Shown one piece after another: positions 39,592-53,371 of a DNA stretch of 64,000 bases. Positions within the stretch are counted from its first letter, which is position 1. Each line of letters starts with the position of its first letter. The notes beneath the pieces are model-generated. The model saw only the letters and a list, made by a program, of their open reading frames with translations. It had not been told where the DNA came from and searched no databases. The DNA comes from Octopus vulgaris (Eukaryota): the NCBI GenBank assembly GCA_951406725.2, contig OX597839.1, forward strand, positions 32,240,001 through 32,304,000. The letters are read 5' to 3'. The translations under genes were made by a program, and so were the position numbers.

Positions 39592-39968
39592 GAATAATAA
39601 TAATAATGATAATAGTAATAATAATGATAGTAATAATAATAATGATAATAATGCTTGACATATTTCTCATTCTGTAACAGTGGAACAACACTCCCAGGAA
39701 CAAAAAAGAAAAAAAAAAACAAAACAAAGCAAAACAAGAAATAAAAATAGGAAAAAATAATGAAACAAGAAGCTCCCAGAAAGCTTTTTATAGGTTCTGT
39801 GACCTACTTATATACACACATACATACATACATACATACATATATATGTATAATATATATATGTATGCTTACATATATATCTTATATACATAAATAATGT
39901 ATGTGTATATATATATATGCATACATATGTATTCATATATAAATAATCTATCTATCTATCTATCTATC

Positions 39969-40050
<82 letters not shown>

Positions 40051-40065
40051 CATATGTATACATAC

Positions 40066-40099
<34 letters not shown>

Positions 40100-40101
<2 letters not shown>

Positions 40102-40503
40102 GGACGTAACAAACACCATCGATCGTGGCCGTCCGCCAGCCTCATCTGGCACCTGTGTCTGGCACATAAAAACACCATCCGATGGCCGTCTGCCAGCCTC
40201 GTCTGGCACCTGTGTCGGTGGCACATACACCATCCGAGCGTGGCCGTCTGCCAGCCTCGTCTGGCACCTGTGTCGGTGGCACATAAAAACACCATCCGAG
40301 CGTGCCGTTGCAGCCTGTCTGGCACCTTGTCGGTGGCATAAATCACCCACCACCTCGGAGTGGTGGCGTTGGAAGGGCATCCAGCTGTAGAAACACTGCC
40401 AGATCTGACTGGCCTGGTGCAGCCGGGCTCCCAGACCCCAGTTGAACCGTCCAACCCATGCTATGGAAAACGGACGCTAAATGATGATGATGATGATGAT
40501 GAT
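40100..40503 (+). mobile_element. RTE LINE 3' UTR with four internal units
   Basis: Four copies of ccatccgagcgtggccgtctgccagcctcgtctggcacctgtgtcggtggcacataaaaaca, then the standard tail. Confidence 0.85.
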
Positions 40504-40525
40504 GTATGTATGTATACATACATAC

Positions 40526-40601
<76 letters not shown>

Positions 40602-40951
40602 CACACACACACACATGCATAAATTCAGAACACATATATACAAACACATGCATGCAAATGCATACACAAATTAATAAATACACACACACATATACTTCAA
40701 TGCATAAATAAAAATAGTTATTTCTCATGTTTTTCATCATATTACCAGACAAAAGTTTTAAATTGGATTTTTGCTTGCCTGGATTGAAATCAAACATGAT
40801 TACATATAATAAATCAATAGCTGTCGATTATCATCATCCTCACCCTCATCATCCTCCTCCTCTTCATCATCATCATCATCATCAGTTCAGTAGTCTCTAT
40901 ATTCCTTATATACATATATATATATACATATATATATACATATATATATAC

Positions 40952-41020
<69 letters not shown>

Positions 41021-41040
41021 TATAACACACACACACATAC

Positions 41041-41169
<129 letters not shown>

Positions 41170-41174
41170 TATAC

Positions 41175-41205
<31 letters not shown>

Positions 41206-41584
41206 TACATACATACATACATATATATATATATCTATATATATATACACACATAAGTATGTTGTTTTCACTTCATTTTGATAGTCTGATTTTGCATTAA
41301 GAAAAATATTTTGAATAAGAAATTCTTGTTTTTGTTGTAGATTTCCCAAAAAAAGGAGGAGTTTGGGTGAAGAATTATTAACAGTGGTTATTGCTTGGAA
41401 TGTGGCACTGTTGAGCACAAAAGACTTGGGTTTTGGTAATGCCATATTCTTCTTGTAATGGTTAATGTCATTTGTTTATATATATATTATTTGAAAATAT
41501 TTAGTACGATATGTGTGCGGGTGTATATATACACATACATGTATAGATAGAGAGATACATACATATGTGTATATATATACTCTC

Positions 41585-41792
41585 TCTTTTACTCTTTTAC
41601 TTGTTTCAGTCATTTGACTGCGGCCATGCTGGAGCACCACCTTTAGTCGAGCAAATCGACCCCGGGACTTATTCTTTGTAAGCCCAGTACTTATTCTATC
41701 AGTCTCTTTTGCCGAACTGCTAAGTGATGGGGACGTAGACACACCAGCATCGGTTGTCAAGCAATGCTAGGGGGACAAACACAGACACACAA

Positions 41793-41851
<59 letters not shown>

Positions 41852-42016
41852 TATACGACAGGCTTCTTTCAGTTTCTGTCTACCAAATCCACTCAGAAGG
41901 CATTGGTCGGCCCAGGACTATAGCAGAAGACACTTGCCCAAGATGCCACGCAGTGGGACTGAACCCGGAACTATGTGGTTGTTTAGCAAGCTACTTACCA
42001 CACAGCCACTCCTGCG
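41585..42016 (-). mobile_element. Full-length family A SINE
   Basis: Complete tail-to-head match. Confidence 0.9.
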
Positions 42017-42025
42017 ATATATATA

Positions 42026-42071
<46 letters not shown>

Positions 42072-42079
42072 TGTATCAA

Positions 42080-42990
42080 CATCATCATCATCATTTAATG
42101 TCCAGTTACCATGCTGCCATGGGTTATATGGACTGACAGGAACTGGCAAGCCAAAAGAGTGTACCAAACCACTTTGCGGTGTGTACAGGGTGCTTTTTAT
42201 GTGGTACCATCACAGGTGCATTTTAAGTGGTACTAGCACCAGGGCTTTTTACATAGCACCTTGGGTTTCGGATCTCAATTCTGTTGTGGTGGGCAGGTGT
42301 TCTTGACGACAGACATGTGTCCCATATCTCGCTCCTCTGTCGTCATCTTTGGCCAGGTATTTCTCCTGCAGCTGTCTTACGAGAAATATAGCATCAGTGG
42401 TGCTTTTCCCTGGCACGAACCCAAACTGCATCTCATCTAAACTGACTCTCTCCCTAATTAGTTTGGCTATGACCCTCTCCATGACCTTCACTACCTGATC
42501 CAACAGCTTGATACCTGTGTAATTATTTGTATCTAAAGCATCACCTTTACCTTTGTAGCAGTTGACTATTATGGTGCTACACCAGTCATTGGGTATGACT
42601 CCTTCATGTATCACCTGGTTAACTATACGGGTGACTAGGCTATAGCCGATACTGCCAGATATTTTGAGCATCTCTGCAGTGATTCCTGATGGGCCAGGGG
42701 CTTTCCCTGCCTTCATACTCTTGATTACTTTATCTACCAAGGTACTGTCAATTTGGATAGCTGGTCCCTCTGTTGGGTCGACAATCAGCAAACTCTCTTT
42801 CTCCCATTCATTCTCTTTATTGAGCAACTTTTCATAATGGCATCTTCCAAACCTCTCTCTTTGCAGTCTCGTTTAGTGCAAGTGAACCATCATCCATGCG
42901 AACACATTTCTTTCCTACGACATCATGATTCTCTCTCCCACACTGTCTTGCAACATGAAATACCTTAAGTCTTTGGTCCTCAAGGCGCAG
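42080..42990 (-). mobile_element. RTE-clade LINE fragment with partial reverse transcriptase, internally deleted
   Basis: ORF 42249-42827 has KAPGPSGITAEMLK, IPNDW, YKGKGDALDTNNYTGIKLL, QFGFVPGKSTTDAIFLVRQLQEKY (early RT motifs), then jumps to the RTE 3' UTR and (GAT)n tail before reaching YADD. Confidence 0.92.
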
Positions 42991-43007
42991 AAATATATAT
43001 TATTTAT

Positions 43008-43040
<33 letters not shown>

Positions 43041-43186
43041 TATAAGTTAGAAGAAATGAGGTACTCAGAAGATCGGATGGTTTATATTTACAGATATTTA
43101 TTTGTATATTACATTTTTTATATATATATCATATCACTTAGATCATTAGCGCTTTCTCCCATTCTAGTGGGGTTTTCAAATCAAAT

Positions 43187-43235
<49 letters not shown>

Positions 43236-43298
43236 TTTGTAAATATAAACCACCTCATTTCTTCTAATATATAATACCTGTACATCATCTCCAAACCT

Positions 43299-43348
<50 letters not shown>

Positions 43349-43707
43349 AGGGTCTCTTTGTTGTCCTGCCATCTTGCAAAAGAAGGGCCTACTTGAGAAT
43401 ATCCTTCTACATAAACCTGAATTGATGAAAGTGTCGTGGCTGGAGTGGTTTTGACTTTAGGTTTTCTCAGTGAAGGCCAGTCTGGGATTAATCTGTACCC
43501 ACAGCCCTATCAAATTCACCATTCACATTAGGAAACCTAACACATTTTGGTAATTTTCGCTTCCACCAAACTCTCCCTTCCAAATGTTCACAAGGAAGAC
43601 ATGTGGCTTCTTTGGCTGGTGTATGTGTGTGGTGGGTACTTGATCTGTTGAAGAACTCAGGTAGTGCATCGAAACCTATCGTCTCAGTTTAATGATTAAT
43701 TAATTAC

Positions 43708-43800
43708 CAAAGCAGAGATACAAGAAAGATGGGGTTGGATGCAGAGAGTAAGGGCTTCTAAATCTGCCATGAAATGAAGCCCTCCAAGAATACAGACACT
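43708..43800 (-). CDS. Candidate 93-bp exon, product unknown
   Basis: Acceptor cttaattttcatttcag, donor ttg|gtaatt; open in phase 0 (SVCILGGLHFMADLEALTLCIQPHLSCISAL) and in phase 1. Confidence 0.25.
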
Positions 43801-44032
43801 CTGAAATGAAAATTAAGCGAATGAGAATTCTTGGGAATAAGATGATCTTTCTAGTGTTGCTAGAGTCATCATCATCATCATCATCATCATCGTCATTATC
43901 ATTGTTCTTGTCATCATCATCATTATCATTGTTGTCATGATAATGATGAAGGTGGTGATAGTGGGAGGGATGGTGTTTGTGTGTATAGAGATAGAGATAG
44001 AGAGAGAGTGATATATAGACAGAGAGATACAG

Positions 44033-44087
<55 letters not shown>

Positions 44088-44400
44088 CTTATATCATCAT
44101 CACCAGCATCATCATCATCGTTTAACGTCTGCCTTCCGTGATGGCAAGGGTTGGACGGTTTGACAAGAGCCGCCCAGGCTGGAGCCTGCACCATACTTCT
44201 GTGTTTGTTTCAGCAGGGTTTTTGCAGCTGGATGCCCTTCCTAACACCAACCACCCAACTGGGTGGACTGAGTGCTTTTTACAGGGCACAAGCACAGGTG
44301 AAATAAGTTTTACAGCTGGATGCCCTTCTTAACACCAACCACCCTGGAATTTTGCAACACACATTCATAAATGTGTGTGTATGTGTGTATATATATATAG

Positions 44401-44465
<65 letters not shown>

Positions 44466-44518
44466 GTTTATATATTTGTTGTGCAAGATTTTTTATGTGA
44501 AGTCGTGTGTTGAAACAG

Positions 44519-44818
44519 ATATTGTTATATTTAGGAATGGTCATTTTGCCAGTTTAGCCAATAAAAACACACGCACTATATATTTGGTGTTATTTTGCTT
44601 CAGTTATTAAGGTTAGTAAGGAGAGACACAAGTAAGAAAGAAGAAAACAAAGGACCACTGATGCGGTCACAGGAGTGTGACGAAAGAACTCTGGCCGAAA
44701 TAAGATTAAGATTAATGTAAAAAATAAATAACACTGAAGCAAAGTAACACCAAATATATAGTGCGTGTGTTTTTATTGGCTAAACTGGCCAAATGACCAT
44801 TCCTAAATATAACAATAT
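44519..44818. mobile_element. ~90-bp inverted repeat enclosing a hammerhead-like motif (Penelope-like)
   Basis: Arms 44519-44608 and 44727-44818; arm sequence recurs at 27265-27360 and 27668-27730, and the adjoining part of the same repeat at 47215-47275. Confidence 0.65.
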
Positions 44819-45082
44819 ATATATATATATATTTGAGTAGTTAAATGAATTATCTTATTAAGGATAATTCGAATTAACCGATACCTGGGTAGCAAATTCA
44901 CGTCAGAGAAAACACGGTTGAAGTTACGTGCCTAGGGCATAGATTACGTGCTTTTGTGTGGAAATTTGTATGTGTATTTTGAAAATATAAATATATTCTT
45001 TCATATATTTATATATATATATATACACATTCACAAGTATATATATATACATGTATATATACATATACATATACACATATAC

Positions 45083-45120
<38 letters not shown>

Positions 45121-45634
45121 GCACACATATATATATACACATGCATATATATACTCATACATACTATGATGAATATAAGGGTAATAAATTAACATAATTT
45201 ACTTCCAGTAGTTAGCATGTATAAATAAAAGTCTTAAGACACAATATTTTTAAAATTACATACATACATACATATATATATCTCCTTGTATATACATACA
45301 TGTACATATATATGCATGCACACACACACACACACACACATGTATATGTATGTATGTATGTATACATATGTACATGTATAAGGTCTCACAATCTAATACA
45401 TGGCTTGTGAGACCTAGAATTCGTAACATTTGTCAGATCCTTAATTGTGTGTATTTCCTGTAAAAGAAGGGTGTGGTACAAAAGGATACAAAAGGTACAA
45501 AAGAAGGGTGTGGTACAAAAAAGCTCTTTCCTTCATATTTGGCACAGTTTTTCACATTGTTGCTGTTAAACAAGTCTACATTGTCAGGGACAACATCTTG
45601 TTGTTGTTATTATTATTATTATTATCATTATTGT

Positions 45635-45975
45635 GAAGGCACATGGCTCAGTGGTTAGAGCGTTGAGCTTACGATCGTGAGGTTGTGAGCTCGAATCCCG
45701 GACGGGGCTGCATGTTGTGTTCTTGAGCAAGATACTTTTATTTCACGTTGCTCCAGTTCACTCTGCTGTAGAAATGGGTTGCGACGTCACTGGTGCCAAG
45801 CTGTATCGGCCCCTTTGCCTTTCCCTTGGATAACACTGGTGGCGTGGAGAGGGGAGGCTGGTATGCATGGGCGACTGCTGGTCTTCCATAAACAACCTTG
45901 CCCGGACTTGTGTCTAGGAGGGTAACTTTCTAGGTGCAATCCCATGGTCTGTGTCGTGACCAAAGGGGGTCTCAG
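45635..45975 (+). mobile_element. Family D tRNA-derived SINE (CORE/V-like centre, tail Z)
   Basis: Head ggcacatggctcagtggttagagcg ... gctcgaatccc, centre gttgtgttcttgagcaagatactttatttcacgttgctccagttcactc. Confidence 0.8.
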
Positions 45976-46000
45976 ACTATTATTATTATTATTATTATTA

Positions 46001-46034
<34 letters not shown>

Positions 46035-46250
46035 GGTGGCAAACTGGCAGAACCATTAGCACGATGGGCAAAATGCTTAGCAGTATTTTGTCCATCTTTA
46101 TGTTCTGAGTTCAAATTCAGCCAAGGTCGACTTTGTTCATCTTTCCAGGGTTGATGAATAAAATACCAGAGAATCACAGGGGTTGATGTAATCGACTAGT
46201 CCCCTACCCACAAACATTTCAGGCCTTGTGCCTTTCGTAGAAAGGATTAT
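46035..46250 (+). mobile_element. Family B SINE with the alternative tail
   Basis: Family B head and core, tail ccttgtgcctttcgtagaaaggattatt. A further head lies at 47003-47120. Confidence 0.8.
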
Positions 46251-46252
46251 TT

Positions 46253-46478
46253 TCATCGTCGTCGTCATCGTCATCATTATCACCGTCATCATCATCATCA
46301 TCATCCTCATCATCATCGTCATCATCATCATCATCATCGCCATTGTCATCATCCCCCATCACCATCATCATCATCACTGTCATTATCGTCATCGTCCTCA
46401 TCCTCCTCCTCATCATCATCCTCATCATGCACGCCAGCATCATCAGCGTCGTCGTCATCAACATCATCATCATCACCG

Positions 46479-46519
<41 letters not shown>

Positions 46520-46713
46520 GTCATCATCCTCATCATCATCATCATCGCCATTGTCATCATCCCCCATCACTATCATCATCATCACTGTCATTATTGTCGT
46601 CGTCATCATCATCCTCATCATCATCATCAGCAGCAGCAGCAGCATCGTCGTCGTCATCCTCCTCCTCATCATCATCATCATCATCATCATCATCAGCATC
46701 GTCGTCGTCATCG

Positions 46714-46751
<38 letters not shown>

Positions 46752-46953
46752 GTCATCATCCTCATCATCATCATCATCGCCATTGTCATCATCCCCCATC
46801 ACTATCATCATCATCACTGTCATTATTGTCGTCGTCATCATCATCCTCATCATCATCATCAGCAGCAGCAGCATCGTCGTCGTCATCCTCCTCCTCCTCC
46901 TCCTCATCATCATCATCATCATCATCAGCATCGTCGTCGTCATCGTCATCGTC

Positions 46954-46985
<32 letters not shown>
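46253..46985 (-). repeat. Compound (CAT/CGT)n microsatellite with ~210-230-bp higher-order units
   Basis: cgccattgtcatcatcccccatcac recurs three times; source of the poly-H/S/I/D/M ORFs. Confidence 0.9.
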
Positions 46986-47362
46986 TATAATAAGAAAGTA
47001 CAAGCTGGCAGAATCGTTAGCACAGTGAGCAAAATGCTTGGCAGTATTTCGTCTGTCTTCACATTCTGAGTTCAAATTCTGCTGAGGTTCCCGTTGCTTT
47101 CCATCCTTTCAGGGTTGGTAAAGTTTCCACACAATGGACACAAAATAAGAACAATAAGAAACAAATGAAGAATGAATAGCTCATATGTTTATTTTGGCAA
47201 GAAAATAAATGAACATCCCAAGATATAACAATATCTGTTTCAACACACACTTCCACATCAAGAATCTTACAAAACAATTACACATATGTATGTAATGTAT
47301 GTGTGTGTGTGTGTGTGTGTGTATGTATATATGTGTATATATATATATATGTCTCTAATTTA

Positions 47363-47410
<48 letters not shown>

Positions 47411-47413
<3 letters not shown>

Positions 47414-47575
47414 TACGTTATATGATTAGGGTTCAGTAAAAAAATTTACTTTACTACACACTGAACTTTTAGAAATAGCAGCCAAAAAGTTTTAGCTATT
47501 TTTGGCTGCTATTTCTAAAAGTTCGGTGTGTGGTAAAGTAAATTTTTTACTGAACCCTAATTATATAACGTAATG
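47411..47575. repeat. Near-perfect palindrome (~78-bp arms, 10-nt loop)
   Basis: cattacgttatatgattagggttcagt...agaaatagcagccaaaaa / tttttggctgctatttct...actgaaccctaattatataacgtaatg. Confidence 0.95.
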
Positions 47576-48256
47576 TTTTAAATATACCGTAAATGGTCTT
47601 TTTACATACTGAACGCTATTTGGTAAAATTATTAATAAATAATTAATTAATTTTACCCTTTTATTATTGACTATATATATATATATATATATCCCGCCGT
47701 TGACCCGTGACGAGAGCTCCGCTACTGTCTTTTCTAACCTGACCTTCTTGAGGTGTGGATGGCAATTCTCTTCGCTCTGTTCGCCATTCACAGAAATTAG
47801 CGTTCGTAATACATTTTTTCGTTCGGCGTTAACAGCCCTTCTTGTCTTGTTATTTTCCTTGTCCTGTCTTTTACTGCTTATATTTTGTACTGTCGTTACT
47901 GTCCTGTTTTTGTTACCATTTTTACCCCTCTGCAAAAAGATCTCAAATTTTATTTGATTTGCTTTTCGCAGGAAGGAAAGTTTCTTATCGAAGATACGTC
48001 TCGCCTTCACCTTCGAAACGTAGAGTAGATGAAACCATGGCGACTGAAGAAGGGGTTATTTCCTTGTGTTATTTGTCCTGTACTCTATTTTTTTGTTGTT
48101 TAAAAAAATGTCCAGTTCCTTGGTTTTGTGTCTATGTTTTCGTTTCTCATTGTGTTCGACGTTTTTTTGGTGTCCTGTACTCATATATGCGTGTATATAT
48201 ACATGTAGAGGTAAGTATGTACATATATGTATGTATATATGCATATATTTTATTTA

Positions 48257-48342
<86 letters not shown>

Positions 48343-48353
48343 CAGACAGACAA

Positions 48354-48384
<31 letters not shown>

Positions 48385-49323
48385 TATCTATGTTGTCAAT
48401 GTTCTCAACACATGTTTCTCAGCAAGACAGAGCAGAAAGTGAGTGGAAAAAGAATGGTGAGTGGCGGTGCCATTGATGTCCTGTAAATGTAACAAATGTC
48501 AAAGACTGTCCATTTCATTGATTTTTATTTCATTCTATTGATTTACTCCCACCTATTTCCATTACCATTTGGAAGATTTCCAAACACACCATGTGCTGCC
48601 CCCTACAACTAATTGATGCCGTTGGCAACTGCATAAGTCGTTAGTACTTTTAACCAAACCTGAATTGTTTCAGATTCATTTCCATCACACTTCGAATGTT
48701 GTTGTTGCTGCATCTGTTGTAGTCTGTTTTCTGCCCTTGGCCAGTCCTGACCGAGTAGATCTATAGTCAAAGGCATTCTAGCCATGACCACCATGTCATT
48801 TTATGTATATCTGGGACAACTTTGACCAAGGTCAACGTTCCGTAATTACATAAACTAGTATGTGCTACAATGGGGGTTTGGCTGTTATCTCTAGCAAGAC
48901 AGGTGACCATAGAAAGCACTGGCTTTCAATCTCTTTGAATTTATGGCATGTGGTGGCACATGGTGGCTTAGGGTGCCACTAAAACAATTATTGATGCTTT
49001 TGGTATGGTTTTACATCTGCTTTTTCCCTGGTGGTATGAGTTAGATGAGCTACTTCGTGGCAATGTTTTGCAGGTGGATGTCTTTCCAGATAACAACTTC
49101 TTTTCAGTTACACCTCAGGATAAAGAAGGGTTTCATACATTATGTTATGAAAACAGGAGGATACATGCTAATGATGGGCAGATGCAGTTAGATGTAATGA
49201 GTATATTTACATGAAATATGAACAAAAGGAATAGCCTTGTCTTAACAGCTGTTTCAGGTGAACCAATAACTTACACCATAATCATGCCTATATATAATAA
49301 AAATCCATAATGTCATAAGTGTT

Positions 49324-49444
<121 letters not shown>

Positions 49445-49912
49445 TTGCGCCAGAGAAAAAATTTGTTTGCTTGTTATCAGTCGTAAGACACTTGTTGTTG
49501 TTTTCACCGTTAATGCTTCTGTATTTCATGTTTCTGTATTCCATTATTTTTTTGTTTTTTATATTCGTCCCTTTTGCTGTCCTGGTGTCCGTATGCATTC
49601 GATCCTTCTTCCAGGAAATCTACGCTCCCAGCTTAGTTTTTCTAATGCTCGTTGCTTAGTTTTTCTTGGAGGGCTGGCCGTGATCTAGTAATCTCAAGAT
49701 TAATCAGCCGAAATTACTACGATGATCCGGTTCTTGACTGAAGACTGAGGGTTTCGAATGTCCTGTCCGTGTTTATTGTATCGTCTTCTAAGAGTTATAC
49801 GTTCTTGTCCATGTTGTATTTTTCTACATACCTTAATATATATATATATATATATATATATAACAATATATATATACACACACACACATATATATATATG
49901 TATATATGTGTG

Positions 49913-49962
<50 letters not shown>

Positions 49963-50288
49963 CATATGTATATATATGTGTGTGTGTATGTATGTAGGTA
50001 TGTAGCCAAAGGCAGATTATGTAACAGAACTTGAGAATAACTCCAAAAATCTCGTCACAACCCCCCCCCCCCCCCACATATATTGGAATGCATAATAAAT
50101 AATTAATTAACTGCTCTAGGAAAAAAAGAAAGCTACTTCATTAATTACTAACAAACGAAGTTCTGTTCTTTTTTCCTACAACAGCACCCAATTAATGACT
50201 TGTGAATGTATCCCTGTATTTCTCATTTTGTTCAGGAGATCTTAGAATACATACTTGCATACATATATATATATATACATATATATAT

Positions 50289-50378
<90 letters not shown>

Positions 50379-50436
50379 ACATATATATATACACATACAT
50401 ATATATATATATATACATACATATATACATGCACAT

Positions 50437-50533
<97 letters not shown>

Positions 50534-50646
50534 GTATGTATGTATATAAATACACACATATATATACAAAATTAAAATGATAACACATATTCCAGACTTT
50601 GTTTTAATGTATATGAGTATATATAAATACATATTCATATATGCAT

Positions 50647-50693
<47 letters not shown>

Positions 50694-50974
50694 CATACAT
50701 ACATATATATATACACACACACACACAAATCTATATACATATTCCTTCTTGAAAGCTGTTTATTCACTCCACAGTGATTCTAAGATTCTCGCTGTATGCC
50801 TTTAAGCAACAACAACAACAACAACAAAATGCATTCTAGGTGGCAGAATTTCATTGAGGCCTCTGTGCATAGCAGTAGCGCCACTCACCAACTTCCAATG
50901 AATAAAGAAACTCTACTGAAAGTATTAAGCACTTTAGCCCTTACATATAGACCCAACTGAATGTGTATACAAGT

Positions 50975-51530
50975 TTTGTTTCAATTTCTGTATACCTAAT
51001 CCACTCACAAGGCTTTGGTTGGCCCGAGGCTATAGTATAAGACACTCGCCCAAGATGCCATGCAATGGGTCTGAACCCAGAACTATGTGATCAGGAAGGA
51101 AGCTTCTTACCACACAGCCACACCTACGCCTACCTACATATATATACATATATATATATGTATATACTTTTTTACTCTTTTACTTGTTTCAGTCATTTGA
51201 CTGTGGCCATGCTGGAGCACCGCCTTTAGTCGAGCAAATCAACCCCGGGACTTATTCTTTGTAAGCACAGTACTTATTCTATTGGCCTCGGGGACATAAA
51301 CACACCAGCATCGGTTGTCAAGCGATGCTAGGGGGACAAACACACACACTTATATATATATATATACATATATACGACAGGCTTCTTTCAGTTTCCGTCT
51401 ACCAAATCCACTCACAAGTCATTGGTCGGCCCGGAGCTATAGCAGAAGACACTTGCCCAAGATGCCACGCAGTGGGACTGAACCCGGAACCATATGGTTG
51501 GTTAGCAAGCTACTTACCACACAGCCACTG
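50975..51530 (-). mobile_element. Family A SINE head plus an internally deleted copy
   Basis: Head 50975-51130, copy 51170-51530. Confidence 0.88.
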
Positions 51531-51589
51531 TGTATATGTGTGTGTATATATATATACATATATATATATATCTATCTATATATATATAT

Positions 51590-51625
<36 letters not shown>

Positions 51626-51977
51626 GTAGGTAGGTAAGTAGGTAGGTAGGTAGGTAGGTAGATATAGATACAGATATTCATGTATGCACATATACATTCA
51701 TGTGGGGTATGAGATAGAGATTCTTATTACTACTACATGTGACTCTAGGTAGGTCTGACAATGTACAAAGCATCCACCCCACGCTCCTCACATACGCACC
51801 AATGTCATAAGGTTTTCGTGACAACTTGAGAGACGTATCGCGGGGTGGGGGCTGCTTGTGGTCGTTCTTGTTGTTAGTGTGGTGGTTTTTGTTGTTGTTG
51901 TTGTGTGTGTGTGTGTGTGAATGGTAGCAGGTGCTGTTGTGTACGTGAGTAATCTGAATAAGAGGTGTATGTGTTTG

Positions 51978-52022
<45 letters not shown>

Positions 52023-52309
52023 TAATGAATGAATCTGCAGATTATACAGTATATATATGTATATATATATTAATAGTAATAGTACGACAACAAAAGAATG
52101 AATGAGACTTCGATATTACGTAAACAGAGGAATTTATCTGTAGTATAATATGCGATAATTATTTGGTTGCCATAATAGAACTCCGAGTTTCAGATGTTGA
52201 GGTGGAAATCTGCTCCGACAGCTCGTCTTAATAACTGATGAGATGCTTTGTCTGATTGCGTTCTTGTTCCATTTTTGCATATATATATTTATATATATAT
52301 ATATATATG

Positions 52310-52860
52310 TGGTTAAATCTGTCCAAAGTTACCTTTCTTTGGCACTTCCCATTGATAATGGCCAAAGAGCTAGAAATGCAGTATCTGGAATCTGACAGAA
52401 GGCAGCACTAGACAGATATAGTGTTTTTACACCTTTTGCCTTAAAAGAGAGTATTTTTTTTCTATACAATAACTGCAGCGAATTTGCTTTTAGGCATTAA
52501 ATGTCACAAGTATATTTTAACTTACCAAAAGTTCACTTATACCTAAATATTGCTCGGTGCTAAAACAGCTGAAATTTCATCTGACCTGACAGTCTAATAG
52601 TATAACTGAGTCAATGTTGTTGGCTTTGTTTTAGTTCAAACTATGGCTTTAAATCTATCCAGAGTTACCTCTTCCCATTGATAATGGTAAAGAGCTAGAA
52701 ACGAAACATCTGGGAATCAAACAGGGGGTAGCACTGGATACATATAAGTATTTTTGCACCTTTTACCATAAGAGAATTTTTTGTCCATGGTATCTGCTGA
52801 GAAATTGCCTTTAAAAGTTGTAATATGCCGCAAATACGTTTTAACTAACCTAGAGTTTGC
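52310..52860. repeat. Diverged ~335-bp tandem duplication
   Basis: ttaaatct.tcca.agttacct..cttcccattgataatgg..aaagagctagaaa at about 52313 and 52649. Confidence 0.8.
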
Positions 52861-52978
52861 TTATAGATACTAACATAAAGAAATGCAACCCAACAACAGC
52901 TGTGTGCCCATACTTCATCAAGTAGATTGCTTTTAAAGCACTGCTAGATAACTCTATTGCTGGAACACATTTATGTAA

Positions 52979-53371
52979 TCTATATAAAGCTGAAGTTGTC
53001 TGTGTATGGCAGGTTTGGTAGCCTTCAACTAACACTATCTCCTCTGAGACTCTGCGGCGCAAGTTGACCAAAATTGAGAGTATGATAGAAGAAAGCTTGC
53101 TCTTCATTTCGTAGAAGAAAAAATTCAAATCGGACCATGTTAACACCAAAAATTATTTACATCAAAAAGGGGCTTTTTTTCTATGGAAATCCCTATTTTC
53201 TATGATTTTTTTTACTACTGTGTCACTATTTTTTGGTGTATTTCAACCAGAAAAATGTTCACTTAAAGAGAATAACAAGCTACATAATGCCAAATTTTTA
53301 CTTTTCAAAAATTCCAATTCTAAAGGGTCGAAAAGAAAACAAGCCCGAGCAACGCTGGGCAATACTGCTAG
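52979..53371 (+). mobile_element. Non-autonomous Helitron with related termini and a different interior
   Basis: A|TCTATATAAAGCTGAAGTTGT start, hairpin CCCGAGCAACGCTGGG, end CTAG|T. Confidence 0.85.

Noticed and set aside
46228-47075. His-, Ser- or Asp-rich proteins
   Set aside because: Open in several frames on both strands because of (CAT)n; the same holds for 37621-38186.
47985-48070. Permuted hammerhead (GTC-tcgcc...ggcga-CTGAAGA)
   Set aside because: Stem I is plausible but stems II and III cannot be closed with a correctly placed GAAA. Partial motifs near 13405, 49670 and 52180 are also incomplete.
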